A stretch of 64,000 nucleotides of DNA from a virus. Shown here in pieces: positions 8,345-17,726 of the stretch. The notes under the pieces are model-generated. The model did not search any database. It saw nothing but the letters and a program-made list of their open reading frames with translations, and was not told where the DNA came from. The position numbers and the translations under genes are program-made. The stretch is from IMG/VR virus record IMGVR_UViG_3300007345_000001; one strand, given 5' to 3'. Numbering within the stretch: the first letter of the stretch is position 1; each line of letters opens with the position of its first letter.

Positions 8345-9501
8345 ATATATCAGATCAACTTGCTAAGGCAAGTAAGACACTAATACTAGAGGAGCCCTTT
8401 TACGGGCTCTTTTTAGTTGGTCTAAACAAAACATTTAGAAAAGATATCCCAACAGCAGGTGTAAGTAAACATGGCATTGGAGTACAGTTGGCAGTTAATC
8501 CAGAATTCTTTGAAGGTTTATCCCTTGAACATAGAATAGGATTGCTGAAACATGAGTTACTTCATATTAGTTTTGGACACTTGTTGGTTAGGGACTTATA
8601 CAGCAACAAGAAACTATTTAATATTGCTGCAGATTTGGAAATTAATCAATACATAAATAATGATTATTTACCAGAGGGCGGACTTAAATTAGATTCTTTT
8701 CCTGAACTGAATCTTCCAGTTAAAGCAGGTACTAAAGTGTATTATGAGATATTGGAGAAAGCACAGAAAGATGGTACATCTCCGTCTCTTGATTCTTTAT
8801 TAAATCAAATGGATGGTGATAGTCAATATGATCATAAGACATGGGAAGAGATTGATGAACTAAGTGAAGCTGATAAAAAACTTATACAAAAGCAGATAGA
8901 ACATCAGCTTAAAGAAGTTGCTGATCAGACTGAGAAAAGACATGGTAATATACCAGGTGAGTTAGCTGATCTTATTTCAAGACTTAGACATGTTGAACCA
9001 GCTAAATTTGATTGGAAAGGATATTTGAGAAGGTTTGTTGGAAACTCTTCTATTGTTTATACAAAGAAGCTTAGAAGAAAATACAACAAACGTTACATTG
9101 AGAATCCTGGCCTTAAGATTAAGTTCAAAAATAATATACTTGTTGGTATAGACACATCTGGTTCTGTATCAAGAGATGAACTAAAGGAATTTATGAATGA
9201 ACTTGTGCATATGCATAAGACCGGGCATAAGATTACTATAGCTCAGTGTGATACACAACTTAACTCAGTTGCAGAGTTTAATCCTAAAAAGGATTTAGAA
9301 ATTAAAGGTAGAGGTGGTACATCATTTCAACCGGTTATTGATCACTTTAATGAAAAGAAGGGTACATATACAGCCCTAATATATTTAACAGATGGTGAGG
9401 CTTGGAATCCTGAGAACTGTCCTAAGAATACTCTATGGGTACTTAGCAGCAAATCTCAGATGAATAATGATTTACCAGGAAAAGTAATACAATTAAATTA
9501 A
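8338..9501 (+). CDS. Zincin-like metallopeptidase domain fused to a von Willebrand factor A (VWA) domain (DUF2201-type architecture)
   Basis: HExxH is HELLH at nt 8551-8565 (aa 72-76), preceded by EEPFYGLFL. The MIDAS motif DxSxS is DTSGS at nt 9151-9165 (aa 272-276). Confidence 0.75.
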   Translation: MVNISDQLAKASKTLILEEPFYGLFLVGLNKTFRKDIPTAGVSKHGIGVQLAVNPEFFEGLSLEHRIGLLKHELLHISFGHLLVRDLYSNKKLFNIAADLEINQYINNDYLPEGGLKLDSFPELNLPVKAGTKVYYEILEKAQKDGTSPSLDSLLNQMDGDSQYDHKTWEEIDELSEADKKLIQKQIEHQLKEVADQTEKRHGNIPGELADLISRLRHVEPAKFDWKGYLRRFVGNSSIVYTKKLRRKYNKRYIENPGLKIKFKNNILVGIDTSGSVSRDELKEFMNELVHMHKTGHKITIAQCDTQLNSVAEFNPKKDLEIKGRGGTSFQPVIDHFNEKKGTYTALIYLTDGEAWNPENCPKNTLWVLSSKSQMNNDLPGKVIQLN

Positions 9502-9509
9502 AAACAATT

Positions 9510-10775
9510 ATGGCACAAGTAAATTTAAACATTGATGATCTGAAAGGTTTTGTAAATCACGTAATTACAAACAACAGATTCTTGCAAGAGCAAGGAAAAC
9601 CACCAGTAGCAATTGAAGTTGTTGGTGAATCAGGTATTGGTAAAACATCTACAGTTGTAGAACTTGCAAAAGAAAACAATTTAAATTTTGTTAAGCTTAA
9701 CCTTGCTCAGATAGAAGAGCTTGGTGACTTGGTTGGTTTCCCTGTACGTCAATTCCAGATGTACAAAGAGAAAACAATTAAGAAAGTAGATGATCTTAAT
9801 TACACTACTGCACAAAGAACTGCAGCTGCTGGTGACTTAGCTAAAATGACTGGCACTGTAACAAAGAAAGTTGGTCAATGGGTTGATGAACTTGCAGTAA
9901 GTGAATATCTAAAGAATGGTTACAAGATGACCGGTAAGAATAGAATGTCATATGCAGCGCCAGAATGGATTGCAGACAAAAAAGAAGGAGGTATTCTTCT
10001 TCTTGATGACTGGAACCGTGCTGATGTGCGTTTTATACAAGCTGTGATGGAGTTGATTGATCGTCAGACATACATCTCTTGGTCTCTACCAAAAGACTGG
10101 CACATCATTCTAACTGCTAACCCAGATAACGGTGACTATATGGTTAATAGCATTGACAGCGCACAGAAAACCCGTTACATTACTGCAAATCTTAAGTTTG
10201 ATGTTAATGTCTGGGGGCGTTGGGCAGAAGAAGCAGGTATTGATACACGTTGTATTAACTTCTTGCTACTCCATCCAGAGCTTGTAACTCAAGAGACTAA
10301 TGCAAGATCTATCACCACATTCTTTAATGCTATCTCAAGCTTTGAATCTTTTGAAGATAACTTGAGTATGGTACAAATGATTGGTGAAGGTTCAGTTGGT
10401 GATGCATTTGCTAGTATGTTTACTACATTTATTAATAACAAACTTGACAAGCTTGTCACTCCTAAAGATTTGTTGACTCATGAAAATGAATCATACATAT
10501 TAGGTGAGCTTAGAGGTTGTATTGGTAAAGATGATGCATACCGTGCAGATATTGCATCAACTCTTGCAACACGTTTAGGTAACTATGCAGTTGTATACTC
10601 TAAAGAGAATACAATTACACAGAAGATTACAGACCGTTTGATTTCATTATGTACAAAAGATTACTTTACTAATGATCTTAAGTATTTGATTGTACGTACC
10701 ATCTTTAATGGTAACAAGCAGAAGTTTAACAAAATGATGATGAATCCAGAAATTATCAAAATGACAATGAAGTAA
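9510..10775 (+). CDS. MoxR/CbbQ-like AAA+ ATPase with a long insert and a C-terminal extension
   Basis: Walker A GESGIGKTS (aa 39-47) and Walker B ILLLDDWNRAD (aa 162-172). It lies immediately downstream of the VWA gene, the classical MoxR-VWA pairing. Confidence 0.7.
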   Translation: MAQVNLNIDDLKGFVNHVITNNRFLQEQGKPPVAIEVVGESGIGKTSTVVELAKENNLNFVKLNLAQIEELGDLVGFPVRQFQMYKEKTIKKVDDLNYTTAQRTAAAGDLAKMTGTVTKKVGQWVDELAVSEYLKNGYKMTGKNRMSYAAPEWIADKKEGGILLLDDWNRADVRFIQAVMELIDRQTYISWSLPKDWHIILTANPDNGDYMVNSIDSAQKTRYITANLKFDVNVWGRWAEEAGIDTRCINFLLLHPELVTQETNARSITTFFNAISSFESFEDNLSMVQMIGEGSVGDAFASMFTTFINNKLDKLVTPKDLLTHENESYILGELRGCIGKDDAYRADIASTLATRLGNYAVVYSKENTITQKITDRLISLCTKDYFTNDLKYLIVRTIFNGNKQKFNKMMMNPEIIKMTMK

Positions 10776-11824
10776 TGGCAAGTAAATCAGTATATCAAAA
10801 ATATAATACTGATGCACTAGATCACTTTGGATTAGAGACAGCCTCATACTATGGGGTTGTCTCATCCAGTGGTGTAGACACAGTATTGTTTACAGATTCA
10901 GAAACAACATATGATAAGGTTAAAAATCTTCTTAAAACTAATACCTTAAATGGTACTAGCTTTAAAAATAAGAAAAAAGCTTTCTTACTGCCTAAGAGCC
11001 CTGTATCTCTAGACAGAGTAAAAGCTGCATGCAAGGAGTACAAAATTACATTGACTAATGATTATGAGTTAGCTGATGTGATTATTACACATGATGCTTT
11101 TTCACAAAGGTTTGAGCATGGTGAAACTATAAAATCAACAGTTATGATGGGTAAATTTTGGAACTATCATACTGCAGTTGATAGTGGAAATCCTTCAAAA
11201 AATTTTGTAGATACGTATGTTGAAACAACAGGCTATGAAATTTTAATTGATACAAAGTCTGAAGATCATATACGTAGATATGGTTGTAGTAATGGTGAAT
11301 CTTTATATGATTCTTGGATGATTACAGGTATGGCTCTTGATTTAGCACATAAAATAGATTTAGGTGAGCTTGATAGTATTGATGTAGATACTGTGGTATC
11401 AGAATCTGCAAATAAACAAGAGTTGACTGATGATCTAATGAGAACTTTAATTACTCAGGTTAATTCATATAATGAAGAAGATCAATCAATGGCTGCTATG
11501 ATTCTTCCTACAATTGATTATACTAAGAATCATCACTTACTTTGGCAATTTGCTCAAGAATGTGGTCATAAGATGTATAATTTCAACAGGAACAAAGACG
11601 TCCAGTATTGGTTAGGTGCTTCTAATTTTATGAAGATGCATAATATGAATGCTCAATCTATGATACAATGGCTTGAGAGAGAGGAGTTACTTAGCTCTGA
11701 AAACTTTAGATACTTAGAACCTATTGTAAGAAAAGAAATTACCATCTATAATAGAGACCTATATGTATTTAAAGTTGAAGTTAAACCAGAATACAGAAAA
11801 TATTTAAAAAAAGTAAAACAATGA
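10775..11824 (+). CDS. Hypothetical protein (349 aa)
   Basis: TAATG junction with the AAA+ gene. No motif recognised. Confidence 0.6.
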   Translation: MASKSVYQKYNTDALDHFGLETASYYGVVSSSGVDTVLFTDSETTYDKVKNLLKTNTLNGTSFKNKKKAFLLPKSPVSLDRVKAACKEYKITLTNDYELADVIITHDAFSQRFEHGETIKSTVMMGKFWNYHTAVDSGNPSKNFVDTYVETTGYEILIDTKSEDHIRRYGCSNGESLYDSWMITGMALDLAHKIDLGELDSIDVDTVVSESANKQELTDDLMRTLITQVNSYNEEDQSMAAMILPTIDYTKNHHLLWQFAQECGHKMYNFNRNKDVQYWLGASNFMKMHNMNAQSMIQWLEREELLSSENFRYLEPIVRKEITIYNRDLYVFKVEVKPEYRKYLKKVKQ

Positions 11825-12936
11825 AAGACGTATATAGAATAAGATTAGACTGGGATGATAGTTTAAATCAGTATAATGAAGCTTCACTAATAGATGTTAG
11901 GAAGTTTATATCTAGTTATGCTAGTGAAGCAAATTTAATGAAAGGGATTACACTCAATAATATTGATGGCTCCATGATTAAAGATGCATCTTTTTATAGA
12001 TATCCTAAATTAACTCTGCCAAGAGCTAAAGTAGATATCCTAAAAGAGAAATTCAATATATCTGTTACAAGAGCAGAGGACAAAGCAGATTATAAAATTA
12101 TCTCTGAAAAGTATATTAATACTTTATGTGATATATCATGGTCTAATTTATATACTGTAGAAGATACATTAGATTGGATTAATAAAGAGCAAAATCAATT
12201 TACTATAGATACATTAGATATAGTAAAAGATAAGTTAAAAGATGCTAATGATGATGATCTTGTTGAATTAAATAGTAGTCATTATTGGAGTAATAAAGGA
12301 AAAAGAATAAATGAAACAAAAGATGCAGCCTATCATAACTATTATTACTTAAAAGCTGAAGAAATTCAGACATATAATGATATAGTAAATAGCAATAATC
12401 TTGTTAGTGATACATGTATTAATGATGTTATTTATGAGGACCTTCATGTATTAACAAAAGAAGAGTATAACAATTGCAGAAATATGCTTAAATCAAATGA
12501 TATAGAAAACAGAGCATTAGCTTTAGAAATGCTGGCTAACTGTAATCTTAATAAGTCCTTTGATTATGTATCTATGTTATACTATTTTTATTATGATTAT
12601 ATGAAAGATGCTAAGAATTGGAATAATGTAAATGTAAAGACATTAAGAAATGCTCTTTCTAATTTCAACCCAATGAGTAATATGGCATACGGTCATTATT
12701 ATAATAACTATTTACAACAGTTAGTAAAAGCAGATCAGCTTACTGAGTTTGCTTTTAAAGAATGTGCAAGATATGTATTTCATAATGTTGTTAAGAGACA
12801 TATGGGTATGGATGATAATTCTGTATTTAAGATTGATATAGATGCAATCCAAATTAATCCAAAGTATCTTGACAAATTAAAAAGTGAACATGACTTCTTT
12901 CTCACTGATGTAGAAAATGCTGTTATGAAATTTTAA
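11821..12936 (+). CDS. Hypothetical protein (371 aa), Asn/Tyr-rich
   Basis: ATGA overlap with the upstream gene. Followed by a terminator. Confidence 0.6.
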   Translation: MKDVYRIRLDWDDSLNQYNEASLIDVRKFISSYASEANLMKGITLNNIDGSMIKDASFYRYPKLTLPRAKVDILKEKFNISVTRAEDKADYKIISEKYINTLCDISWSNLYTVEDTLDWINKEQNQFTIDTLDIVKDKLKDANDDDLVELNSSHYWSNKGKRINETKDAAYHNYYYLKAEEIQTYNDIVNSNNLVSDTCINDVIYEDLHVLTKEEYNNCRNMLKSNDIENRALALEMLANCNLNKSFDYVSMLYYFYYDYMKDAKNWNNVNVKTLRNALSNFNPMSNMAYGHYYNNYLQQLVKADQLTEFAFKECARYVFHNVVKRHMGMDDNSVFKIDIDAIQINPKYLDKLKSEHDFFLTDVENAVMKF

Positions 12937-12956
12937 GGAGAATTAGCCATAATTGT

Positions 12957-12986
12957 GGGGGCTCTTCGGAGTCCCCCTCCTTATTT
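12957..12986 (+). terminator. Rho-independent terminator-like hairpin with UUCG tetraloop
   Basis: GGGGGCTC-TTCG-GAGTCCCCC followed by TCCTTATTT. This is a GC-rich stem in an AT-rich context, and the T tract is weak. Confidence 0.55.
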
Positions 12987-12999
12987 AATGTATTAATAA

Positions 13000-13977
13000 A
13001 TGGACAAAAACGCACTAGATAGTTTTTATAATGAAACATTTCAGTTTAGTTACTCATCACTAAACAAGTTATTGTTTTCACCATCCTTGTTTTACAAGGA
13101 CTATATATTGAAAGATAGAGAACTAAAGACAGACAAATATCTTATAGAAGGTAAGCTTGTACACTGTTTAGTATTTGAACCAGAGAACTTAACTGAAAAG
13201 TTTAAGCTTGTCCCTGATAAAACACCAACAGATAGTATTAGAAAGATCTTACATAAAGTCTATGCTAAGGATAATAGTATAGATATAATGTCTGCGGATG
13301 ATGTAATACTTGATACCCTTAAAGAAGAGAATCTATATCAAAGCTTGAAGGAAGATGAAGCAAGGTTGGCTAAAGTTAAAACACCAGAGACTAAAATCTA
13401 TTGGGAGTTTATAGCAAATCCTAATGTAGATGTTGTAGATCAAGATACTCTTAGTACTTGTACAGACTATGCTGAGATTATAAAATCTAATAAGGATGTT
13501 ATGGATCTCTTTGCTACTGTATCAACAGACTTTGATTTGGACCCAGTTCAAACATATGCAGAACAACCTTTAGAATGTGAATTAAAGGATAAACCATTTG
13601 GACTAAAAGGAATCATAGACTTTTATAAAGTTGATGATGATGAAAAGTTAGTTACAATAGTTGACCTTAAGACAACTGGTAAATCTATATCAGACTTTAA
13701 GGAAACCATAGATTACTATAACTACTGGTTGCAGGCTGTTATATATTGCAAACTGGTCTTTGAAAATCTTGATGAATCACAGCAGGATTACAATTTTATT
13801 TATAAATTTGTAGTAATTGATAAATACAAGCAGGTCTATGTCTTTGATGTATCACCTGAGACTTTATCAATCTGGACGCAGGGTTTAGAAGAGACATTAA
13901 AGATTGCAGAATACCACTATAATAAGAGAGATTATACCTTGCCTTATGAATTTTTAGTAGAAAAGGTTATCTTATAA
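13000..13977 (+). CDS. PD-(D/E)XK (RecB/Cas4-like) exonuclease
   Basis: GIIDFY...IVDLKTTGK supplies the D...(D/E)xK core. YWLQAVIYCKL supplies the QxxxY motif. Confidence 0.7.
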   Translation: MDKNALDSFYNETFQFSYSSLNKLLFSPSLFYKDYILKDRELKTDKYLIEGKLVHCLVFEPENLTEKFKLVPDKTPTDSIRKILHKVYAKDNSIDIMSADDVILDTLKEENLYQSLKEDEARLAKVKTPETKIYWEFIANPNVDVVDQDTLSTCTDYAEIIKSNKDVMDLFATVSTDFDLDPVQTYAEQPLECELKDKPFGLKGIIDFYKVDDDEKLVTIVDLKTTGKSISDFKETIDYYNYWLQAVIYCKLVFENLDESQQDYNFIYKFVVIDKYKQVYVFDVSPETLSIWTQGLEETLKIAEYHYNKRDYTLPYEFLVEKVIL

Positions 13978-13978
13978 T

Positions 13979-14560
13979 ATGGGAGGTATATACACACAAT
14001 ATTTTCAGAAGAGTAAAGTTTTTCTTTACCCACTTCTTAAACTTAAGAAGGGTATAGACTTTGTTCCTGAGCAAACATATATTGCTTGGGACAAACTTTA
14101 TTCTACTGAAGATATTAAGTTTATGTGCCTATATAATGCAAAGCGTACAGATAAGTATGATAGGTTTGAACAACTCTATTTAAAGTCTCATCCTTTATTA
14201 GAATCTTATTTTCAATTAGATGATGACAAACATCTATATATCTTTGACTTTATAGATTATAAATATGATTACAAAGCCTTTGTTCAAGGTAAGTATTCTA
14301 AGTTTAGTCTAAAGACAAAAGATATAATCAAAGACTTCTTTGGAAGTGTAGGTAGGATATCAGATTATGTATTAAGTTTTCTAGAACCAGAGGAGTATCA
14401 TGAGGATTATTCTGAAGCTTTAGGTGTAGATATAAAACTTATAAAACAGGTGCATGAATTATGTTCCCCACCGGATATTAAAAAGGAGACCGTGTATGAA
14501 AAAGTTCCACAAGAGGTAATGATATTTAAAAACAATTCTATATCTTTGGATAAATATTAA
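13979..14560 (+). CDS. Hypothetical protein (193 aa)
   Basis: Clean ORF 1 nt after the upstream stop. Confidence 0.6.
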   Translation: MGGIYTQYFQKSKVFLYPLLKLKKGIDFVPEQTYIAWDKLYSTEDIKFMCLYNAKRTDKYDRFEQLYLKSHPLLESYFQLDDDKHLYIFDFIDYKYDYKAFVQGKYSKFSLKTKDIIKDFFGSVGRISDYVLSFLEPEEYHEDYSEALGVDIKLIKQVHELCSPPDIKKETVYEKVPQEVMIFKNNSISLDKY

Positions 14561-14565
14561 AATCA

Positions 14566-14988
14566 ATGGCAAATAGTTTAGGAAATAATATGATGCTTGT
14601 AAACTCTGTATTTAGAGGAGCAAGATCATTTAGTTTAATTCCAGTGAGTAATGACTCACCTTATGTAGAAGCTATGTTTGATCCAAGTTCAAGCATTTTA
14701 GCAATTATTGGAAAAGAAAGAAAAGAATCTTTTCACATGATGCCAAGGCTAGATGATAGCGGGCAACCACAAAGATTAAAAGTACCAAACAATACTACAG
14801 GTAAGACTGTAAAGGAACAACGTGTCACATTAAACACATTCCAAGAGTACTACATTAATGATAAAGCAGATATTGAGACCTTTATTGAGCTCTTTGCAAT
14901 TAATGCTACATCATTTGATTATAAAGAGTTCCTAGAAGTAGACATTCAAGAAACGAAAACTTCTAATATTATAATGCCGGGTCAGTAA
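14566..14988 (+). CDS. Hypothetical protein (140 aa)
   Basis: Clean ORF followed by a terminator. Confidence 0.6.
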   Translation: MANSLGNNMMLVNSVFRGARSFSLIPVSNDSPYVEAMFDPSSSILAIIGKERKESFHMMPRLDDSGQPQRLKVPNNTTGKTVKEQRVTLNTFQEYYINDKADIETFIELFAINATSFDYKEFLEVDIQETKTSNIIMPGQ

Positions 14989-15011
14989 GCTTACACTCAC
15001 CCCAACAAATT

Positions 15012-15033
15012 AAGCCCCTTGTGGGCTTTTTTT
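15012..15033 (+). terminator. Rho-independent terminator
   Basis: AAGCCC-CTTGT-GGGCTT followed by a T run (15027-15033). Confidence 0.7.
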
Positions 15034-15055
15034 GGCACTATTAAAAAATGCAAGT

Positions 15056-17047
15056 ATGAATCACTGGGTAATGGACTATGAGACATTAAAGAATTGCTTT
15101 ACTGCAGTGTTTGAACATTATAAGACTAATGAAACAAAAGTCTTTGTTGTTCATGATCTGCGTAATGACTTTGATGATTTCATAGATTTCTTAAAACAAA
15201 ATACAGATAACCGGGAGTGGCATATTTCTTATAATGGTTTAGCGTTTGATGCACAAATCACACACTATATCATAGAGAATTATGAACTTTGGGAAAATCT
15301 AAGTGCTGGTGAAATAGCTGGCATTATATATCAGTATGCTGCTAAATGTATTGCCCGTAGTGATGCTAAAGAGTTTCATGATTATCCACAGTGGAAAATG
15401 TGTATAGGTCAAATTGATCTATTTAAAATGCATCATTGGGATAATCCTGCTAAAAGATCCAGCTTAAAATGGATTCAGTATAGTATGGATTGGGATAATA
15501 TGCTTGACATGCCTATACATCATGATACAGAAATAACTACACTAGAAGAGATTGATACTATACTTGAATATAATATCAATGATGTACGTTCAACCAAAGA
15601 AATATTTAACAGGTCTAAAGATCTAATTGCTCTAAGGAAAGAACTTACAAATACATATGGTATTAATCTCTACAGTGCTAGTGAACCACGTATTAGTAAA
15701 GAACTGTTTGCTTACTATATGTCAGAAAAACTAAACATTCCAAAACGAGACCTTAAACAAATGAGAACTCACAGGAATGTAATTAAGTTTGATGATATTG
15801 TACTTCCATATATAAAGTTTGTATCACCAGAGTTTAATCAGTTGCTTAATAGATTTAAAGCAGTGGAGTTGAATCCTGAGAATCTAAAAGGTGCTTTCAA
15901 GTATTCTGTTACGTATAAAGGAGTGAAGACAGACTTTGGTGTGGGTGGTGTACACGGTGCTAATGTTAATGGTATATATACTTCTGATAAAGACTCAGTT
16001 ATTATGTCATCAGATGTTACCAGTTTCTATCCTAATCTTGTTATTAGAAACAAGTGGGCACCAGGACATTTTCCAGCAGAAGAATTCTGTGATCAATATG
16101 AATGGTTCTTTGAAGAGAGAAAGAAGATACCAAAGAGTAATCCTATGAACTATGTCTATAAGATTATTCTTAATTCAACTTTCGGTCTCAGCAATGATAG
16201 AAATAGTTTCTTCTATGATCCTGAGCTAACTATGAGAATTACAATTAACGGTCAGCTTAGTCTTATGATGCTTTATGAAATGATCATGGAGCGTATACCA
16301 AATGCTATTGCTATTATGCATAATACAGATGGTTTAGAAACTAAGATTCCAAGAGAATATGTAGATGAATATATGTCTATATGTAAAGAATGGGAAGACC
16401 TCACTAATCTACAGTTAGAACATGATGAGTATCAGAAGCTTGTATCTGCAGGTTGTAATAATTACATAGGTCTTAATAATTATAAGCAAGTAGATATTAC
16501 TACCTGGCGGGATATAAGAAGTAAGAATCCTCATTATAAATTTAAAGTAGAAAATGATAAGTTCTTATTTGCTCCTGTAAAACTAAAAGGTAGATTTGAC
16601 TTCTATGGCTTACAATTACATAAGAACAAGTCTAAATTGATTATACCTAAAGCAATATTTAATTATTTTATCCATGACAAGATGCCGCAAGACTATCTTG
16701 AAGAGAATAAAAATATATTAGATTATTGCATAGGTGGTAAATCTAAAGGTGATTGGAAGCAAGTTGCTAAGTATATCAAAGATCAACAATATGTAGAAGA
16801 AGATCTTCAGAAGATAAACAGATATTATATTTCTAAATCTGGCGTCAAGATTATTAAAGTAAATAAGAAAGATGCAAGAGAAATACAATTAGAGTCAGGC
16901 CAATGGTTACAAACAGTGTTTAATACACTTAAGGTTGAACCAAAATGGGAGACGTATAATATCAATAAAGCTTATTATCTGGAGGCTATAGAACAAGAGA
17001 TAGATAATATTATGAATGTTAGCAGCAATCAACTAACTCTATTTTAA
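15056..17047 (+). CDS. polB: Family B DNA polymerase with 3'-5' exonuclease domain
   Basis: Exo I is MDYETL, Exo II is YNGLAFDAQI and Exo III is YNINDVRST. Pol motif A is SDVTSFYPNL, motif B is KIILNSTFGL and motif C is HNTDGL. The start is moved from the TTG at 15032, which lies inside the terminator T run, to the ATG at 15056. Confidence 0.85.
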   Translation: MNHWVMDYETLKNCFTAVFEHYKTNETKVFVVHDLRNDFDDFIDFLKQNTDNREWHISYNGLAFDAQITHYIIENYELWENLSAGEIAGIIYQYAAKCIARSDAKEFHDYPQWKMCIGQIDLFKMHHWDNPAKRSSLKWIQYSMDWDNMLDMPIHHDTEITTLEEIDTILEYNINDVRSTKEIFNRSKDLIALRKELTNTYGINLYSASEPRISKELFAYYMSEKLNIPKRDLKQMRTHRNVIKFDDIVLPYIKFVSPEFNQLLNRFKAVELNPENLKGAFKYSVTYKGVKTDFGVGGVHGANVNGIYTSDKDSVIMSSDVTSFYPNLVIRNKWAPGHFPAEEFCDQYEWFFEERKKIPKSNPMNYVYKIILNSTFGLSNDRNSFFYDPELTMRITINGQLSLMMLYEMIMERIPNAIAIMHNTDGLETKIPREYVDEYMSICKEWEDLTNLQLEHDEYQKLVSAGCNNYIGLNNYKQVDITTWRDIRSKNPHYKFKVENDKFLFAPVKLKGRFDFYGLQLHKNKSKLIIPKAIFNYFIHDKMPQDYLEENKNILDYCIGGKSKGDWKQVAKYIKDQQYVEEDLQKINRYYISKSGVKIIKVNKKDAREIQLESGQWLQTVFNTLKVEPKWETYNINKAYYLEAIEQEIDNIMNVSSNQLTLF

Positions 17048-17048
17048 T

Positions 17049-17222
17049 ATGCAAAATTGGGTAGCAAAAATAGCATGGAAGGATATGACAGATGATGGGG
17101 TAAACCATCGGTTTTTTACTGATTGGGATTACTGTAAGGAATATGTGCTTCCCTTAAATAAAAAACTTGGTCTTCATAGGATCAATAAACAAGACAACAT
17201 TAAAAACATACCAGGTAGATAA
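17049..17222 (+). CDS. Small ORF (57 aa), not in the supplied track
   Basis: It translates to MQNWVAKIAWKDMTDDGVNHRFFTDWDYCKEYVLPLNKKLGLHRINKQDNIKNIPGR. It fills the gap between the polB stop (17047) and the MazG ATG (17224) exactly. Confidence 0.35.
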   Translation: MQNWVAKIAWKDMTDDGVNHRFFTDWDYCKEYVLPLNKKLGLHRINKQDNIKNIPGR

Positions 17223-17223
17223 C

Positions 17224-17523
17224 ATGGATTATTTTGAATTAGAATGTGCCGTTGAAGAATGGGCACAAGAAAAAGGAATCTTGGATAAAGCCACACCAAT
17301 GGCCCAAGCTCTTAAAACTTTAGAAGAATGTACAGAACTATGTACAGCAATCAACGCAGATGACCGTGAAGAAGTCATTGATGCTATGGGTGATATTATG
17401 GTCACCCTGATCATTCAGGCTAAAATGCAAGGACTCAAATTAGAAGAGTGTCTTGAATCAGCCTATAATGTAATTGCTAAACGTACAGGTAAAATGGTTA
17501 ATGGTCAATTTGTAAAAGATTAA
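17224..17523 (+). CDS. mazG: MazG-like all-alpha nucleoside triphosphate pyrophosphohydrolase
   Basis: It shows the EExxE...E...D acidic pattern ECAVEEWAQEKG...LEECTELCTA...DAMGDIMVTLI. The ATG at 17224 is preferred over the track's TTG at 17167. Confidence 0.65.
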   Translation: MDYFELECAVEEWAQEKGILDKATPMAQALKTLEECTELCTAINADDREEVIDAMGDIMVTLIIQAKMQGLKLEECLESAYNVIAKRTGKMVNGQFVKD

Positions 17524-17525
17524 TA

Positions 17526-17726
17526 ATGGAACTATATAACGTACCTAGAAACTCAAGAATCAGAGTTATTAGTGATATTAAAGTACCACCAGGAGCTCCA
17601 GAGATTAAAGCTGGAGATGAATTAAACTTTAGAAGCATTGACGGAATGTATTCTTATTGTACAACAGATGCAGGACAAGTGGTGCATTTAGTTGCCTGGG
17701 CTGAAGTAGAAATAATAGATGATTAA
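17526..17726 (+). CDS. Hypothetical small protein (66 aa)
   Basis: Clean ORF tightly spaced with its neighbours. Confidence 0.5.
   Translation: MELYNVPRNSRIRVISDIKVPPGAPEIKAGDELNFRSIDGMYSYCTTDAGQVVHLVAWAEVEIIDD

Noticed and set aside
8391-8414. A terminator-like hairpin (GGAGCCC-TTTTAC-GGGCTCT followed by T5) lies 54 nt inside the zincin-VWA gene.
   Set aside because: It encodes LEEPFYGLFLVG, and I recall the PFY.L.L block as a conserved N-terminal feature of this metallopeptidase family. There is no downstream in-frame Met that could serve as an alternative start. It is probably a coding coincidence, though attenuation cannot be excluded without transcript 3'-end data.
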